From NCBI GenBank assembly GCA_015067705.1, contig SVLW01000010.1, positions 2,434 to 66,433 on the forward strand: DNA of 64,000 nt, in the 5' to 3' direction. The DNA is from Oscillospiraceae bacterium (lineage in GTDB: Bacteria > Bacillota > Clostridia > Oscillospirales > QAMX01). The position numbers were made by a program, and so were the translations under genes. A model generated the notes under the pieces. That model was given only the letters and a program-made list of their open reading frames with translations, made no database searches and was not told the DNA's origin. Positions 38,462 to 46,759 of the stretch are shown in pieces; the stretch's first letter is position 1, and each line of letters opens with the position of its first letter.

Positions 38462-39355
38462 CTATGCCAGATAGAGCTCCATGTCCTCCATGGTGAGGCC
38501 CGGATGCAGAGCCAGATTCAGAGCATAGCCCAAAAGCTTTCCCAGTTCCGCCACCCGGGCATCGATATCCCGGGGCGTGACGATCATGCGGTCGTGGTCG
38601 CGGCGCAGCTGCACCTCCTCCGGGATGCTCTGGCCCACGTCCAGAAGGGTATCGATGGTGAGGGTCAGGGAATCCACCACGGTGGGCACGCCCAGGGCGA
38701 TGACGGGAATGCCGAAGGTGTCACGGGAGAGGGGGATGCTGTCGCCGCCCACGCCGGAGCCGGGGGAGAGCCCCGTGTCCGCGATCTGCACCGTGCGGCA
38801 GACACGGGCCATGCGCCGGGAGGCCAGGGCATCCACTACGATCATGGCCGCCGGGCGCACCCGCTCCACCACGCCGCGCAAAAGCTCCGCCGTCTCCACG
38901 CCCGTGGTGCCCGGCACGCCGGGACACACCGCCGCCACGGGACGGAAGGCCGCAAATTCCCGGGGCATCCGGGCGATCATATGGCGGGTGACCATGGTGT
39001 GGCGGACGGCCTCCGGGCCGATGGCGTCCGGCGTGATGGCGGCGTTGCCGATGCCCGCCACCATCACCGGATCCGCCGCATCCCGGGGCAGCAGCGGGCG
39101 CAGTTCCTCCGCAATGGCCATGGAGGCCCGGGCGAAGCTCTGACTCTCCCGATGGAGCAGCGCGTCCAGCTCCACCGTGAGATAGCGTCCCCGGGGCTTT
39201 CCGATGGCGGCGGCGCCGCAGTCATCGTCCACGTCCACCCGGGTGACGGCATAGCCCTGCCGCCGATATTCCTGCACCCGCACGCCCTCCGGGGTGCGTC
39301 CGTCCGTTTCTCTGTAATATGCCGCGGCCTCCGCCGCCAGGTCTGTCCGAATCAT
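38462..39355 (-). CDS. gpr: Germination protease (GPR endopeptidase)
   Basis: 'IRTDLAAEA' N-terminus, 'GLGN...TPDA.GP', 'VDALA' pattern. Confidence 0.85.
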   Translation of the reverse strand: MIRTDLAAEAAAYYRETDGRTPEGVRVQEYRRQGYAVTRVDVDDDCGAAAIGKPRGRYLTVELDALLHRESQSFARASMAIAEELRPLLPRDAADPVMVAGIGNAAITPDAIGPEAVRHTMVTRHMIARMPREFAAFRPVAAVCPGVPGTTGVETAELLRGVVERVRPAAMIVVDALASRRMARVCRTVQIADTGLSPGSGVGGDSIPLSRDTFGIPVIALGVPTVVDSLTLTIDTLLDVGQSIPEEVQLRRDHDRMIVTPRDIDARVAELGKLLGYALNLALHPGLTMEDMELYLA

Positions 39356-39420
39356 AAAAAACCCTACCTTTCCAGTTTTCTGAAAGGTAGGGTTTGTGTT
39401 TTGTGGGAAAAATATGCGGA

Positions 39421-40062
39421 TCAGCGGAAGACTTTGCCCTCGGTGTCAAAGACCTCTTTCCGGTGATAGGTGGTATAGGCAGGGGAAAGTTCCAGATACT
39501 TCTCAATGGCGGCGATGATGTACTCCGGGTTCAGGCTCTCGTTGCCCTGTGAAACCGTCACGGTGAGGAGCATGCCCTCGTCCTGTTGCTCAGCGCGGAA
39601 GGCCTTCACCAGGGGGATGATGTTGGTATCGCTGTGGCCGCGCTTGGTGCGCTTATTGACGATGAGTTCCTCCCGGGAGAAGAGTTCCGTCACGGCGTCC
39701 ACGGCGGCGGGCAGCTCCGTATAGATCTCATACTCCGCGGCGCCGATGAACTTCGGGGCCCGGTCGGAATCGATGAGGGAGGTGACGGTGATGCCCTCGG
39801 GGAGGGCGCGGTTCAACTGATAGAGGAAATTATCCGGCAGATGGGTGGCATCCAGTTCCAGCTCCAGAATCTCGCACTGGGAGGAGAAACCGGTGGACAG
39901 GGGCAGAAGGATGTTCATCTGCATATGGGGATGGAAGCCGCCGGAATAACAGAGGCGCAGACCCATGCGGGAGAAGGCCCGACGGAACACCTGCATCAGA
40001 TCCAGATGAGAGATATACTTGGCGGTGCCGCCCTTTTGAAACAGTGCACGCACTTTATACAT
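39421..40062 (-). CDS. TIGR03936/DUF2344 radical-SAM-associated protein
   Basis: 'F.K.G.AKYISHLDLM..F.RA..R', directly downstream of and overlapping the TIGR03960-type radical SAM gene. Confidence 0.8.
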   Translation of the reverse strand: MYKVRALFQKGGTAKYISHLDLMQVFRRAFSRMGLRLCYSGGFHPHMQMNILLPLSTGFSSQCEILELELDATHLPDNFLYQLNRALPEGITVTSLIDSDRAPKFIGAAEYEIYTELPAAVDAVTELFSREELIVNKRTKRGHSDTNIIPLVKAFRAEQQDEGMLLTVTVSQGNESLNPEYIIAAIEKYLELSPAYTTYHRKEVFDTEGKVFR

Positions 40063-41896
40063 GGCAGAATCCTCCTTCCATGAGGCAGGCTGCGCCGCAG
40101 GCGTTGCAGCCGCCGCTGCGGCAGTCCGGCGTGGCGATCTCTTCCTTCGCAAGACGGGCCTCCCGCTCCATATATTCCCGGCTGACGCCGTGGAAGATAT
40201 GATCCCAGGGCAGCACTGCGGAGAACTCCGGAGCGCGCTGGGCGTAATATTCCCGGGTGAGGCCGCAATCGAGGAATGCCTGATCCCAGCCCTCGCGGTT
40301 TAAGTACTCGTCCCAGCTGTCGAACTTACAGCCGTGTTTCCATGCGGCATAGACCACGTCGCAGAGTCTGCGGTCGCCCCGGGCAAGGGCGGCCTCCAAA
40401 ATGCTGGTGTAGGAATCATGCCAGGAGAAGTCCACGTTTTTGATCTTCATGATGCTCTTGAGATATTCCTGCTTCCGGGCGATTTCCTCGGCGCTGTCCA
40501 TGGCCTCCCACTGGAAGGGGGAACAGGGCTTCGGCACAAAGACGGCCACAGACGTGGACACGCGCACCGGGCGCTTTTTATTGGTGGAATGCTTCCGCCA
40601 GAGATCCACCACGGTGCGGGAAATGCGGGCTATGCCGTCCAGATCCTCGTCGGTCTCCGTAGGCAGACCCATCATGAAGTAGAGCTTTACGGAATTCCAG
40701 CCGTGCTCAAAGGCAATGCGGCAGGCGTTATAGATATCTTCCTCGCGGATATTTTTATTGATGACGTTGCGGAGGCGCTGGGTGCCGGCCTCCGGCGCAA
40801 AGGTCAGGCCGGTGCGGCGCATTTTTTCAAGCTGCTGTACCAGTTCTTCGTTGAAGGCGTCGGCGCGCTGGGAGGGCAGGGCCACGTCCACATGGCGGGC
40901 ACTGCAATAGGGCTCCAGAAGCTTCAAAAGCTCATCAAGGCCGCGATAGTCCGTGGTGGACAGACTGGTGAGAGAGATCTCCTCATAGCCCGTCATCTCC
41001 ACCAGTGCCTTGGCCTGGCGGAAGAGGGTCTCCGGGGATTTCTCCCGGATGGGGCGATAGGCATGTCCCGCCTGGCAGAAGCGGCAGCCGCGCATACAGC
41101 CGCGCATAACCTCCAGCATCACGCGGTCATGCACCACCTGGGTGGAGGGCACCACGATGCTGTCCGGGAAATACATGTTGTCGAGATCCAGCACCACCCG
41201 CTTTTCCACGGTGGCGGGGATGCCGTCCTCCACGGTGAGGCCGGAGAAGTCCCCGTTTTCGTCATACTGGGGCGTATAGAAGGTCGGGACGTAGACGCCG
41301 CGGATCTCTTTTGCGGCCTTCCGCAGGAAGGCGTCCTTGCTCCAGCCCTGTGCCTTGGCCTCCCGATAAAGGGCCAGGAACTCCACGGACACTTCCTCGC
41401 CGTCGCCCAGGAGGAACACATCCACGAAATCGGCCAGAGGCTCCGGATTGGCGGCGCAGCAGCCGCCGGCGATAACGAGGTTTTTGAGCTCCTTTCGGTC
41501 GCGGGCGTAAACCGGCACGCCGGAGAGATCCAGCATATTGAGCAGGTTCGTATAGCTCAGTTCATAGGAGAGGGAGAAGGCGATCACGTCAAACTCCTTG
41601 ACCGGGTCTCCGGACTCCAGGGCGTACAGCGGGATCTTCCGGTCGCGCAGCTCCGCCTCCATATCCGGCCAGGGTGCGAAGCAGCGCTCGCACCAGACAT
41701 AGTCCAGGGTGTTATATACTCCATAGAGGATCTTCATGCCGAGATTCGACATGCCGATCTCATAAACGTCCGGGAAGCAGAATGCCGCCCGCACTTCGAT
41801 CCGGCTCAGATCCTTTTTGATCTGTCCGTATTCGCCGCCGACATAGCGCGCGGGCTTTTGCACCCTTTGCAGGGCGGTTTCCAGATCTTTGCGCAT
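40055..41896 (-). CDS. B12-binding-domain radical SAM protein (TIGR03960 type)
   Basis: 'KPARYVGGEYG' N-terminus and radical SAM cluster 'RGCMRGCRFCQAG'. A strong SD GGAGG precedes the ATG at 41896. Confidence 0.85.
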   Translation of the reverse strand: MRKDLETALQRVQKPARYVGGEYGQIKKDLSRIEVRAAFCFPDVYEIGMSNLGMKILYGVYNTLDYVWCERCFAPWPDMEAELRDRKIPLYALESGDPVKEFDVIAFSLSYELSYTNLLNMLDLSGVPVYARDRKELKNLVIAGGCCAANPEPLADFVDVFLLGDGEEVSVEFLALYREAKAQGWSKDAFLRKAAKEIRGVYVPTFYTPQYDENGDFSGLTVEDGIPATVEKRVVLDLDNMYFPDSIVVPSTQVVHDRVMLEVMRGCMRGCRFCQAGHAYRPIREKSPETLFRQAKALVEMTGYEEISLTSLSTTDYRGLDELLKLLEPYCSARHVDVALPSQRADAFNEELVQQLEKMRRTGLTFAPEAGTQRLRNVINKNIREEDIYNACRIAFEHGWNSVKLYFMMGLPTETDEDLDGIARISRTVVDLWRKHSTNKKRPVRVSTSVAVFVPKPCSPFQWEAMDSAEEIARKQEYLKSIMKIKNVDFSWHDSYTSILEAALARGDRRLCDVVYAAWKHGCKFDSWDEYLNREGWDQAFLDCGLTREYYAQRAPEFSAVLPWDHIFHGVSREYMEREARLAKEEIATPDCRSGGCNACGAACLMEGGFCHV

Positions 41897-42461
41897 AGGT
41901 ACCTCCGAATATCAGGCCACATATGGCCAGTATACTGATATTATACCGCGTTTTCAGGAGAATGTACACCCCGAAAACGAGAAGTCCTCCGCCCACCGCC
42001 AGAGAAATCCGCCGGGCGGTCTCCCGGGCGCGCTCCTCCGGCAGGCGGCAGGACAAAAGCGCCAGCATCACCTGTCCCCCGTCCAGCGGCAGCGCCGGCA
42101 GCAGATGAAAGAGCCCCATCAGGAGATTCACCCCCGCGGCCAAATGAAACGCCGCCGTGTGAGCAGTGGATTCCGCGCCGAGGGAGAGGAGGAGCGCCCC
42201 TGTCAGATTGGCCGCGGCGCCGCCGGCGGCAATGAGGGCGTCATGAGTGTAGGGCAAAAGCCCGTCAAAGCGCATGAGGAAACCAAAACCGCACCACTCC
42301 ACCCGCCGCAGTCTGGCCCCGTAGAGGCGCATCAGCAGAAGATGCCCCAGCTCGTGGAGCATCGACGCGGCCAGCACATAGGGGAACACCCCGCCCGTGT
42401 CCAAAAGATACGCCGCCGCCCAGAAAAGCAGTGTGCCCAGCCCGCAAAAAAGCTTTGCCAT
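41760..42461 (-). CDS. Site-2 protease (peptidase M50) family membrane protein
   Basis: 'HELGH' zinc motif in a TM helix and a second motif 'LPALPLDGG'. The C-terminal about 45 codons overlap the radical SAM gene. Confidence 0.7.
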   Translation of the reverse strand: MAKLFCGLGTLLFWAAAYLLDTGGVFPYVLAASMLHELGHLLLMRLYGARLRRVEWCGFGFLMRFDGLLPYTHDALIAAGGAAANLTGALLLSLGAESTAHTAAFHLAAGVNLLMGLFHLLPALPLDGGQVMLALLSCRLPEERARETARRISLAVGGGLLVFGVYILLKTRYNISILAICGLIFGGTYAQRSGNRPAKGAKARALCRRRIRTDQKGSEPDRSAGGILLPGRL

Positions 42462-42565
42462 CCCCGTTTCCCCCTTGTCGGTTGCAAGTGATTTCCCGCT
42501 GTGGTATCATGAGAGCAGAATTTCGGATGTATGGACAGACGCCGCGTCTGTCCCGGGAGGACGAT

Positions 42566-43927
42566 ATGACGATACCCACAGACTATGCAGAAGATATGCA
42601 GGCGCTCCTTGGCGCAGACTATCCCGCCTTTGCCGAAGCGCTCTTAACCCAGCCGCCCCTCCGGGGTCTGCGGGTGAACACCCGCAAGTTGTCGGCGGAG
42701 GCATTTGCGGCGGTCTCGCCCTGGCCGCTCTCCCCCTCCGCCCTCTGCCGGGATGCCTTCATCGCCGACACGGAGGATCGGGTGGGCCTCCACCCCTATC
42801 ACCACGCGGGACTCTTTTATATGCAGGAGCCCTCGGCCTCGGCGGTGATCGAGGCACTGGATCCCCAGCCGGGATGGACGGTATTGGATCTCTGTGCCGC
42901 CCCCGGCGGCAAGAGCACCCATCTGGCGGCCAGACTGGGGGACGAGGGCATTCTGGTCTCCAACGAATGCGTGGCCTCCCGGGTGAAGCCCCTCTGCTCC
43001 AATCTGGAGCGCATCGGCGCGAAGAACGCGGTCATCACCTCCGCCATGCCGGATCAACTGGCGGATGCATGGGGTGCCTGCTTTGACGCGGTGGTGGTGG
43101 ATGCGCCCTGCTCCGGCGAGGGCATGTTCCGCCGGGACGAAGTGGCCGTCCGGGAATGGAGCCGGGAGCACGTCCTGGGCTGCGCGGAGCGCCAGCTTCT
43201 GATCCTGGAGGATGCGGCCCGCATGGTGGCGGGCGGCGGCATCCTGCTCTATTCCACCTGTACCATGAATATCCATGAAAACGAGGAGGTCCTGGATCGC
43301 TTCCTCTCCGCCCACCCGGAGTTTACGATGGAGCCCATCACTGCGGTATCCCTGCCCCGGGCATTTTCCACGGAGATCGGCCTGCGGGAGGAGATCGCGC
43401 TGGCCGGGCGGCTCATGCCCCATGTGATCCCCGGGGAGGGACATTTCATCGCCCGTCTGCGGAAATCCGGGGACGAACGGGAGGCACTCCCCTTCTCCAT
43501 GGGCAAAGCGCCGGGAAAGGCCGAGCAGAAGATTTTGCAGGATTTTATAGAGGAAACTTTCACATCCATCCTTTGGACGGAGCCCACGCTCCGGGGCGAC
43601 GCCGTGTGGCTCTCCCCCGGGGATCTGCCCTATGCGGTGCGCAGCGGCGTGTGCCTGGGGCATTTCGTGCGGGGCCGGTTCGAACCGGATCACAGCCTTT
43701 TTTTGGCAGAAAATGCCGATTTTTTCCAGAGAACGGTGATTTTATCCCCGGACGATCCCCGCATGGCGGCCTATCTCCGGGGCGAGCAGATCAGCGCGGA
43801 CTGCGGCAAGGGCTGGTGCGCGGTATGCGTGGAGGCCGGAGGGCAGGCATATCCCTTAGGCATGGGAAAAGCGTCAAACGGAGCCGTGAAGAACCATTAT
43901 CCCAAGGGTTTGCGGAATTTTAAGTGA
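42566..43927 (+). CDS. rsmF: RsmB/RsmF-type RNA cytosine-C5 methyltransferase (NOL1/NOP2/Sun family)
   Basis: SAM motif 'VLDLCAAPGGKST', catalytic 'DAPCSGEGM' and 'YSTCT'. The start was set at the ATG at 42566, which has SD GGAGG. Confidence 0.82.
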   Translation: MTIPTDYAEDMQALLGADYPAFAEALLTQPPLRGLRVNTRKLSAEAFAAVSPWPLSPSALCRDAFIADTEDRVGLHPYHHAGLFYMQEPSASAVIEALDPQPGWTVLDLCAAPGGKSTHLAARLGDEGILVSNECVASRVKPLCSNLERIGAKNAVITSAMPDQLADAWGACFDAVVVDAPCSGEGMFRRDEVAVREWSREHVLGCAERQLLILEDAARMVAGGGILLYSTCTMNIHENEEVLDRFLSAHPEFTMEPITAVSLPRAFSTEIGLREEIALAGRLMPHVIPGEGHFIARLRKSGDEREALPFSMGKAPGKAEQKILQDFIEETFTSILWTEPTLRGDAVWLSPGDLPYAVRSGVCLGHFVRGRFEPDHSLFLAENADFFQRTVILSPDDPRMAAYLRGEQISADCGKGWCAVCVEAGGQAYPLGMGKASNGAVKNHYPKGLRNFK

Positions 43928-44190
43928 AAACGGGAATCATTCGGGAAAATTTCCATTCTTTTTCCGTTTTGCGCGGGAAGTCTTCTGTAATCTTGCATAA
44001 TCTATTGAATTTTCTTGCAGAATATGGTATGATAGACTTGCAAGGAATCGAACAGAAAGGTGACAGCACAGCATTGGGTCGCAGGGAAGGAGGCGGTGGG
44101 CATGGCTGGTGCTGAACGGGCGGCAGTTGCCCCGACTGCGGCCGGGCGGTGCGTATGGATGCCGCCGAATCCAAGAAATAAAGGAGTGAA

Positions 44191-44724
44191 GTGTCTATGC
44201 CGGAATTGGAGCCGTATCTGAATTATTTATCGATCTTTGAGGGAGTCCCCTTTATCGCGTACCTTCTCTTTGGCCTGGGCGTGATGCTCTTGATGATTGA
44301 GATGAGCATTCCCGGCTTTGGCGTGGCGGGCGTGGGATCCATGATCTCGTTCTCCGCGTCCGTGATCCTGGCGGCAGATACTCTGGTGGAGGGATTGATC
44401 TTCACGGGCATCATTTTGGCGGTGTCCGCGGTGATCGTGGTCACGTTCCTGGTGCTTCTATCGAGGGGCGTGTTCAAGTCCGGACTGATCCTCCATGCCA
44501 GCACCTCGAAAGAGGCGGGCTATACCAGCACGGCGGAGGATTTCTCTCATCTGCTGCACGCAGAGGGCAGCGCGGAAACCACCCTGCGTCCCGCAGGGCG
44601 GGCACTTATCAAGGGACGCACCTATGACGTGGTCACCGACGGGAACTTCATCCCCGCGGGCGAGGCCATTCGGGTGCAGGAAGTGGTCGGCAGCCGCATC
44701 GTGGTCACGGCCGACCGTACATAA
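44191..44724 (+). CDS. nfeD: NfeD family membrane protein
   Basis: N-terminal TM bundle and a C-terminal OB-fold-like 'GRALIKGRTYDVVTDG.FI..G..I.V.EV.G..I.V'. It lies upstream of floA. Confidence 0.8.
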   Translation: MSMPELEPYLNYLSIFEGVPFIAYLLFGLGVMLLMIEMSIPGFGVAGVGSMISFSASVILAADTLVEGLIFTGIILAVSAVIVVTFLVLLSRGVFKSGLILHASTSKEAGYTSTAEDFSHLLHAEGSAETTLRPAGRALIKGRTYDVVTDGNFIPAGEAIRVQEVVGSRIVVTADRT

Positions 44725-44740
44725 ATAACAGGAGGAACTT

Positions 44741-45709
44741 ATGGATAACGTCATTTTATTCGGTATTGTCACGGTAGTCGTCGTATTACTGCTTGCGATG
44801 TTTTTCTCTCTGGTGCCGGTGGCGCTGTGGATCAGTGCGCTGGCCGCCAATGTGCGGGTCAGCATCATTACGCTGATCGGTATGCGTCTGCGCCGGGTCA
44901 TCCCCGCCATGATCGTGAACCCCTTAATCAAGGCCACCAAGGCCGGTATTGATCTGCCCATCAATAAGTTAGAGGCCCATTATCTGGCCGGCGGTAACGT
45001 GGACCGCGTGGTAAATGCCCTGATCGCCGCCCAGCGCGCCGATATCCCGCTGGAGTTCGAGCGGGCTGCCGCCATTGATCTGGCGGGCCGCGACGTGCTG
45101 GAGGCCGTGCAGATGAGCGTCAATCCCAAGGTCATCGAAACCCCCGTCATTGCCGCCGTCGCCAAGGACGGCATCGAAGTGAAGGCCAAGGCCAAGGTCA
45201 CCGTCCGTGCCAACATCGACCGTCTGGTGGGCGGCGCCGGTGAGCCCACGGTCATCGCCCGAGTCGGCGAAGGCATCGTCACCACCATTGGCTCCTCCTC
45301 TTCCCACAAGGAAGTGCTGGAGAATCCGGACAGCATCTCCCAGACCGTTCTCTCCAAAGGTCTTGAATCCGGTACCGCATTTGAAATTCTCTCCATCGAT
45401 ATTGCCGACGTGGATGTAGGCCGCAACATCGGCGCCCAGCTGCAGACCGATCAGGCCGAGGCCGACAAGCGCATCGCCCAGGCAAAGGCCGAGGAGCGCC
45501 GCGCCATGGCCGTGGCCCGGGAACAGGAAATGATCGCCGCTGTGCAGGAAATGCGCGCCAAAGTGGTGGAGGCAGAGAGCGAAGTGCCCAAGGCCATGGC
45601 CGCCGCACTGCGGGACGGCAAGATGGGCGTGATGGATTACTACAACATGAGAAACGTCATCGCGGACACCGAGATGCGCAACTCCATCGCCGCCCAGCCC
45701 ACGGAATAA
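44741..45709 (+). CDS. floA: Flotillin-like protein FloA (UPF0365/SPFH)
   Basis: Strong match to the YqfA-type pattern: 'VP.ALWISA.AA.V.V....L.GMRLRRV', '[18 protein letters not shown]'. Confidence 0.9.
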   Translation: MDNVILFGIVTVVVVLLLAMFFSLVPVALWISALAANVRVSIITLIGMRLRRVIPAMIVNPLIKATKAGIDLPINKLEAHYLAGGNVDRVVNALIAAQRADIPLEFERAAAIDLAGRDVLEAVQMSVNPKVIETPVIAAVAKDGIEVKAKAKVTVRANIDRLVGGAGEPTVIARVGEGIVTTIGSSSSHKEVLENPDSISQTVLSKGLESGTAFEILSIDIADVDVGRNIGAQLQTDQAEADKRIAQAKAEERRAMAVAREQEMIAAVQEMRAKVVEAESEVPKAMAAALRDGKMGVMDYYNMRNVIADTEMRNSIAAQPTE

Positions 45710-45751
45710 GCGCCGGACACCCGTCCGGCATGACAGGAGGTGTATGAACCC

Positions 45752-46099
45752 ATGCCGGTACCGAATATAGAAGAATTTGCCCGACAGATGCAGGGGATCA
45801 CACTGGTGACCACCCACAACCAGCAGCGGGCCAACCGGATGGCAAAACCGACCTCTGAGAAGGCGGATGCGCCGCTGTTTCAAAATCTCCAGGTAGAGGG
45901 GCAGTCCATTGAGGCGCCGCCGCCGGAGATCGTGGCAGAGAAAGAACCTGCAGAACCGGCGGAAGTCCCGGCTTTACCGGACGCGCAGCCGGAGCCGCCT
46001 GCGGCGCCGCGGGTTATGCGGCGGTTCTCCGCGAAAGAACTCCGCCGCGCCGTGATCTTATCTGAGATCATCGGCCCGCCGAAGAGCAGAAGACGATAG
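45752..46099 (+). CDS. Small hypothetical protein, paralog 1 of the floA-linked family (Pro/Glu-rich middle, basic tail)
   Basis: It shares the N-terminal motif F..Q.QGI.LV..HNQQ.ANR with the next two ORFs. SD AGGAGG lies upstream. A GTG at 45740 is an alternative start. Confidence 0.6.
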   Translation: MPVPNIEEFARQMQGITLVTTHNQQRANRMAKPTSEKADAPLFQNLQVEGQSIEAPPPEIVAEKEPAEPAEVPALPDAQPEPPAAPRVMRRFSAKELRRAVILSEIIGPPKSRRR

Positions 46100-46139
46100 C
46101 GCAGCACAGGATCGTCATTGGAAAGAAGGAGGTGGCATA

Positions 46140-46349
46140 ATGGTTAATCTGGAACAGTTGAATCGGAATTATGAAGGACTGACCATGGTGGCGGTTCATC
46201 GTCAGCAGGAAGCCAACCGCCTGGGGCATGGACGGTCGAACGAGAGTAAGATCATCGAGCGCGAGGCCCGCCGCCGTGCACGGCAGTATGAGATCGCCGA
46301 GATCGGCCTCGCCGCCTATTGGAAAAAGCGCCTGGGGCGCAAGAGCTGA
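46140..46349 (+). CDS. Small basic hypothetical protein, paralog 2
   Basis: SD AAGGAGGTGG. The N-terminal motif is EGLTMVAVHRQQEANRL. The last 45 aa are identical to paralog 3. Confidence 0.65.
   Translation: MVNLEQLNRNYEGLTMVAVHRQQEANRLGHGRSNESKIIEREARRRARQYEIAEIGLAAYWKKRLGRKS
46212..46349 (+). repeat. 138-nt direct repeat, copy A (3' part of paralog 2)
   Basis: It differs from copy B at 4 nt (gga/ggt, cgt/aga, gca/gcg), all synonymous. Confidence 0.9.
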
Positions 46350-46386
46350 AAAACGCAAAGAACTCCATAAATAAGGAGGTGGCAGT

Positions 46387-46605
46387 ATGCCGGGTGGAAT
46401 TCCTTTTGATGACATTGCCAGACAGGCAGAGGGCATTCAGATGGTCTCTGCACACAACCAGCAGCAGGCCAACCGCCTGGGGCATGGTCGGTCGAACGAG
46501 AGTAAGATCATCGAGCGCGAGGCCCGCCGCAGAGCGCGGCAGTATGAGATCGCCGAGATCGGCCTCGCCGCCTATTGGAAAAAGCGCCTGGGGCGCAAGA
46601 GCTGA
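46387..46605 (+). CDS. Small basic hypothetical protein, paralog 3
   Basis: SD AAGGAGGTGG. The N-terminal motif is EGIQMVSAHNQQQANRL. The C-terminus is identical to paralog 2. Confidence 0.65.
   Translation: MPGGIPFDDIARQAEGIQMVSAHNQQQANRLGHGRSNESKIIEREARRRARQYEIAEIGLAAYWKKRLGRKS
46468..46605 (+). repeat. 138-nt direct repeat, copy B (3' part of paralog 3)
   Basis: See copy A. Confidence 0.9.
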
Positions 46606-46678
46606 CATCCAGACAAAACAGATCCCCCGCGGCACCGGGAAACCGGCGCCGCGGAGGATTTTCTATGCGTCGGGCAGA

Positions 46679-46710
46679 GAAAGCCCCGGAGAAAATTCTC
46701 CGGGGCTTTC
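46679..46710. terminator. Bidirectional terminator between the small-protein cluster and SBP1
   Basis: Stem GAAAGCCCCGGAGAA/TTCTCCGGGGCTTTC between convergent genes. Confidence 0.7.
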
Positions 46711-46759
46711 TGCCTATCAGAATGGACGGACAGGATCAAACCGTACGCAATTTCTTAAT

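Noticed and set aside
35384-41938. Long plus-strand ORFs 35384-36865, 38387-39466 and 40334-41938
   Set aside because: They are antisense to copA, gpr and the radical SAM gene respectively. All are Gly/Ala/Arg/His-rich shadow frames without start signals.
44102-44221. Upstream ORF with a good SD in the 260-nt leader before nfeD
   Set aside because: On careful framing it does not stop before nfeD. It runs 39 codons out of frame into the nfeD start, and the Ala/Gly-rich peptide gives no supporting evidence.
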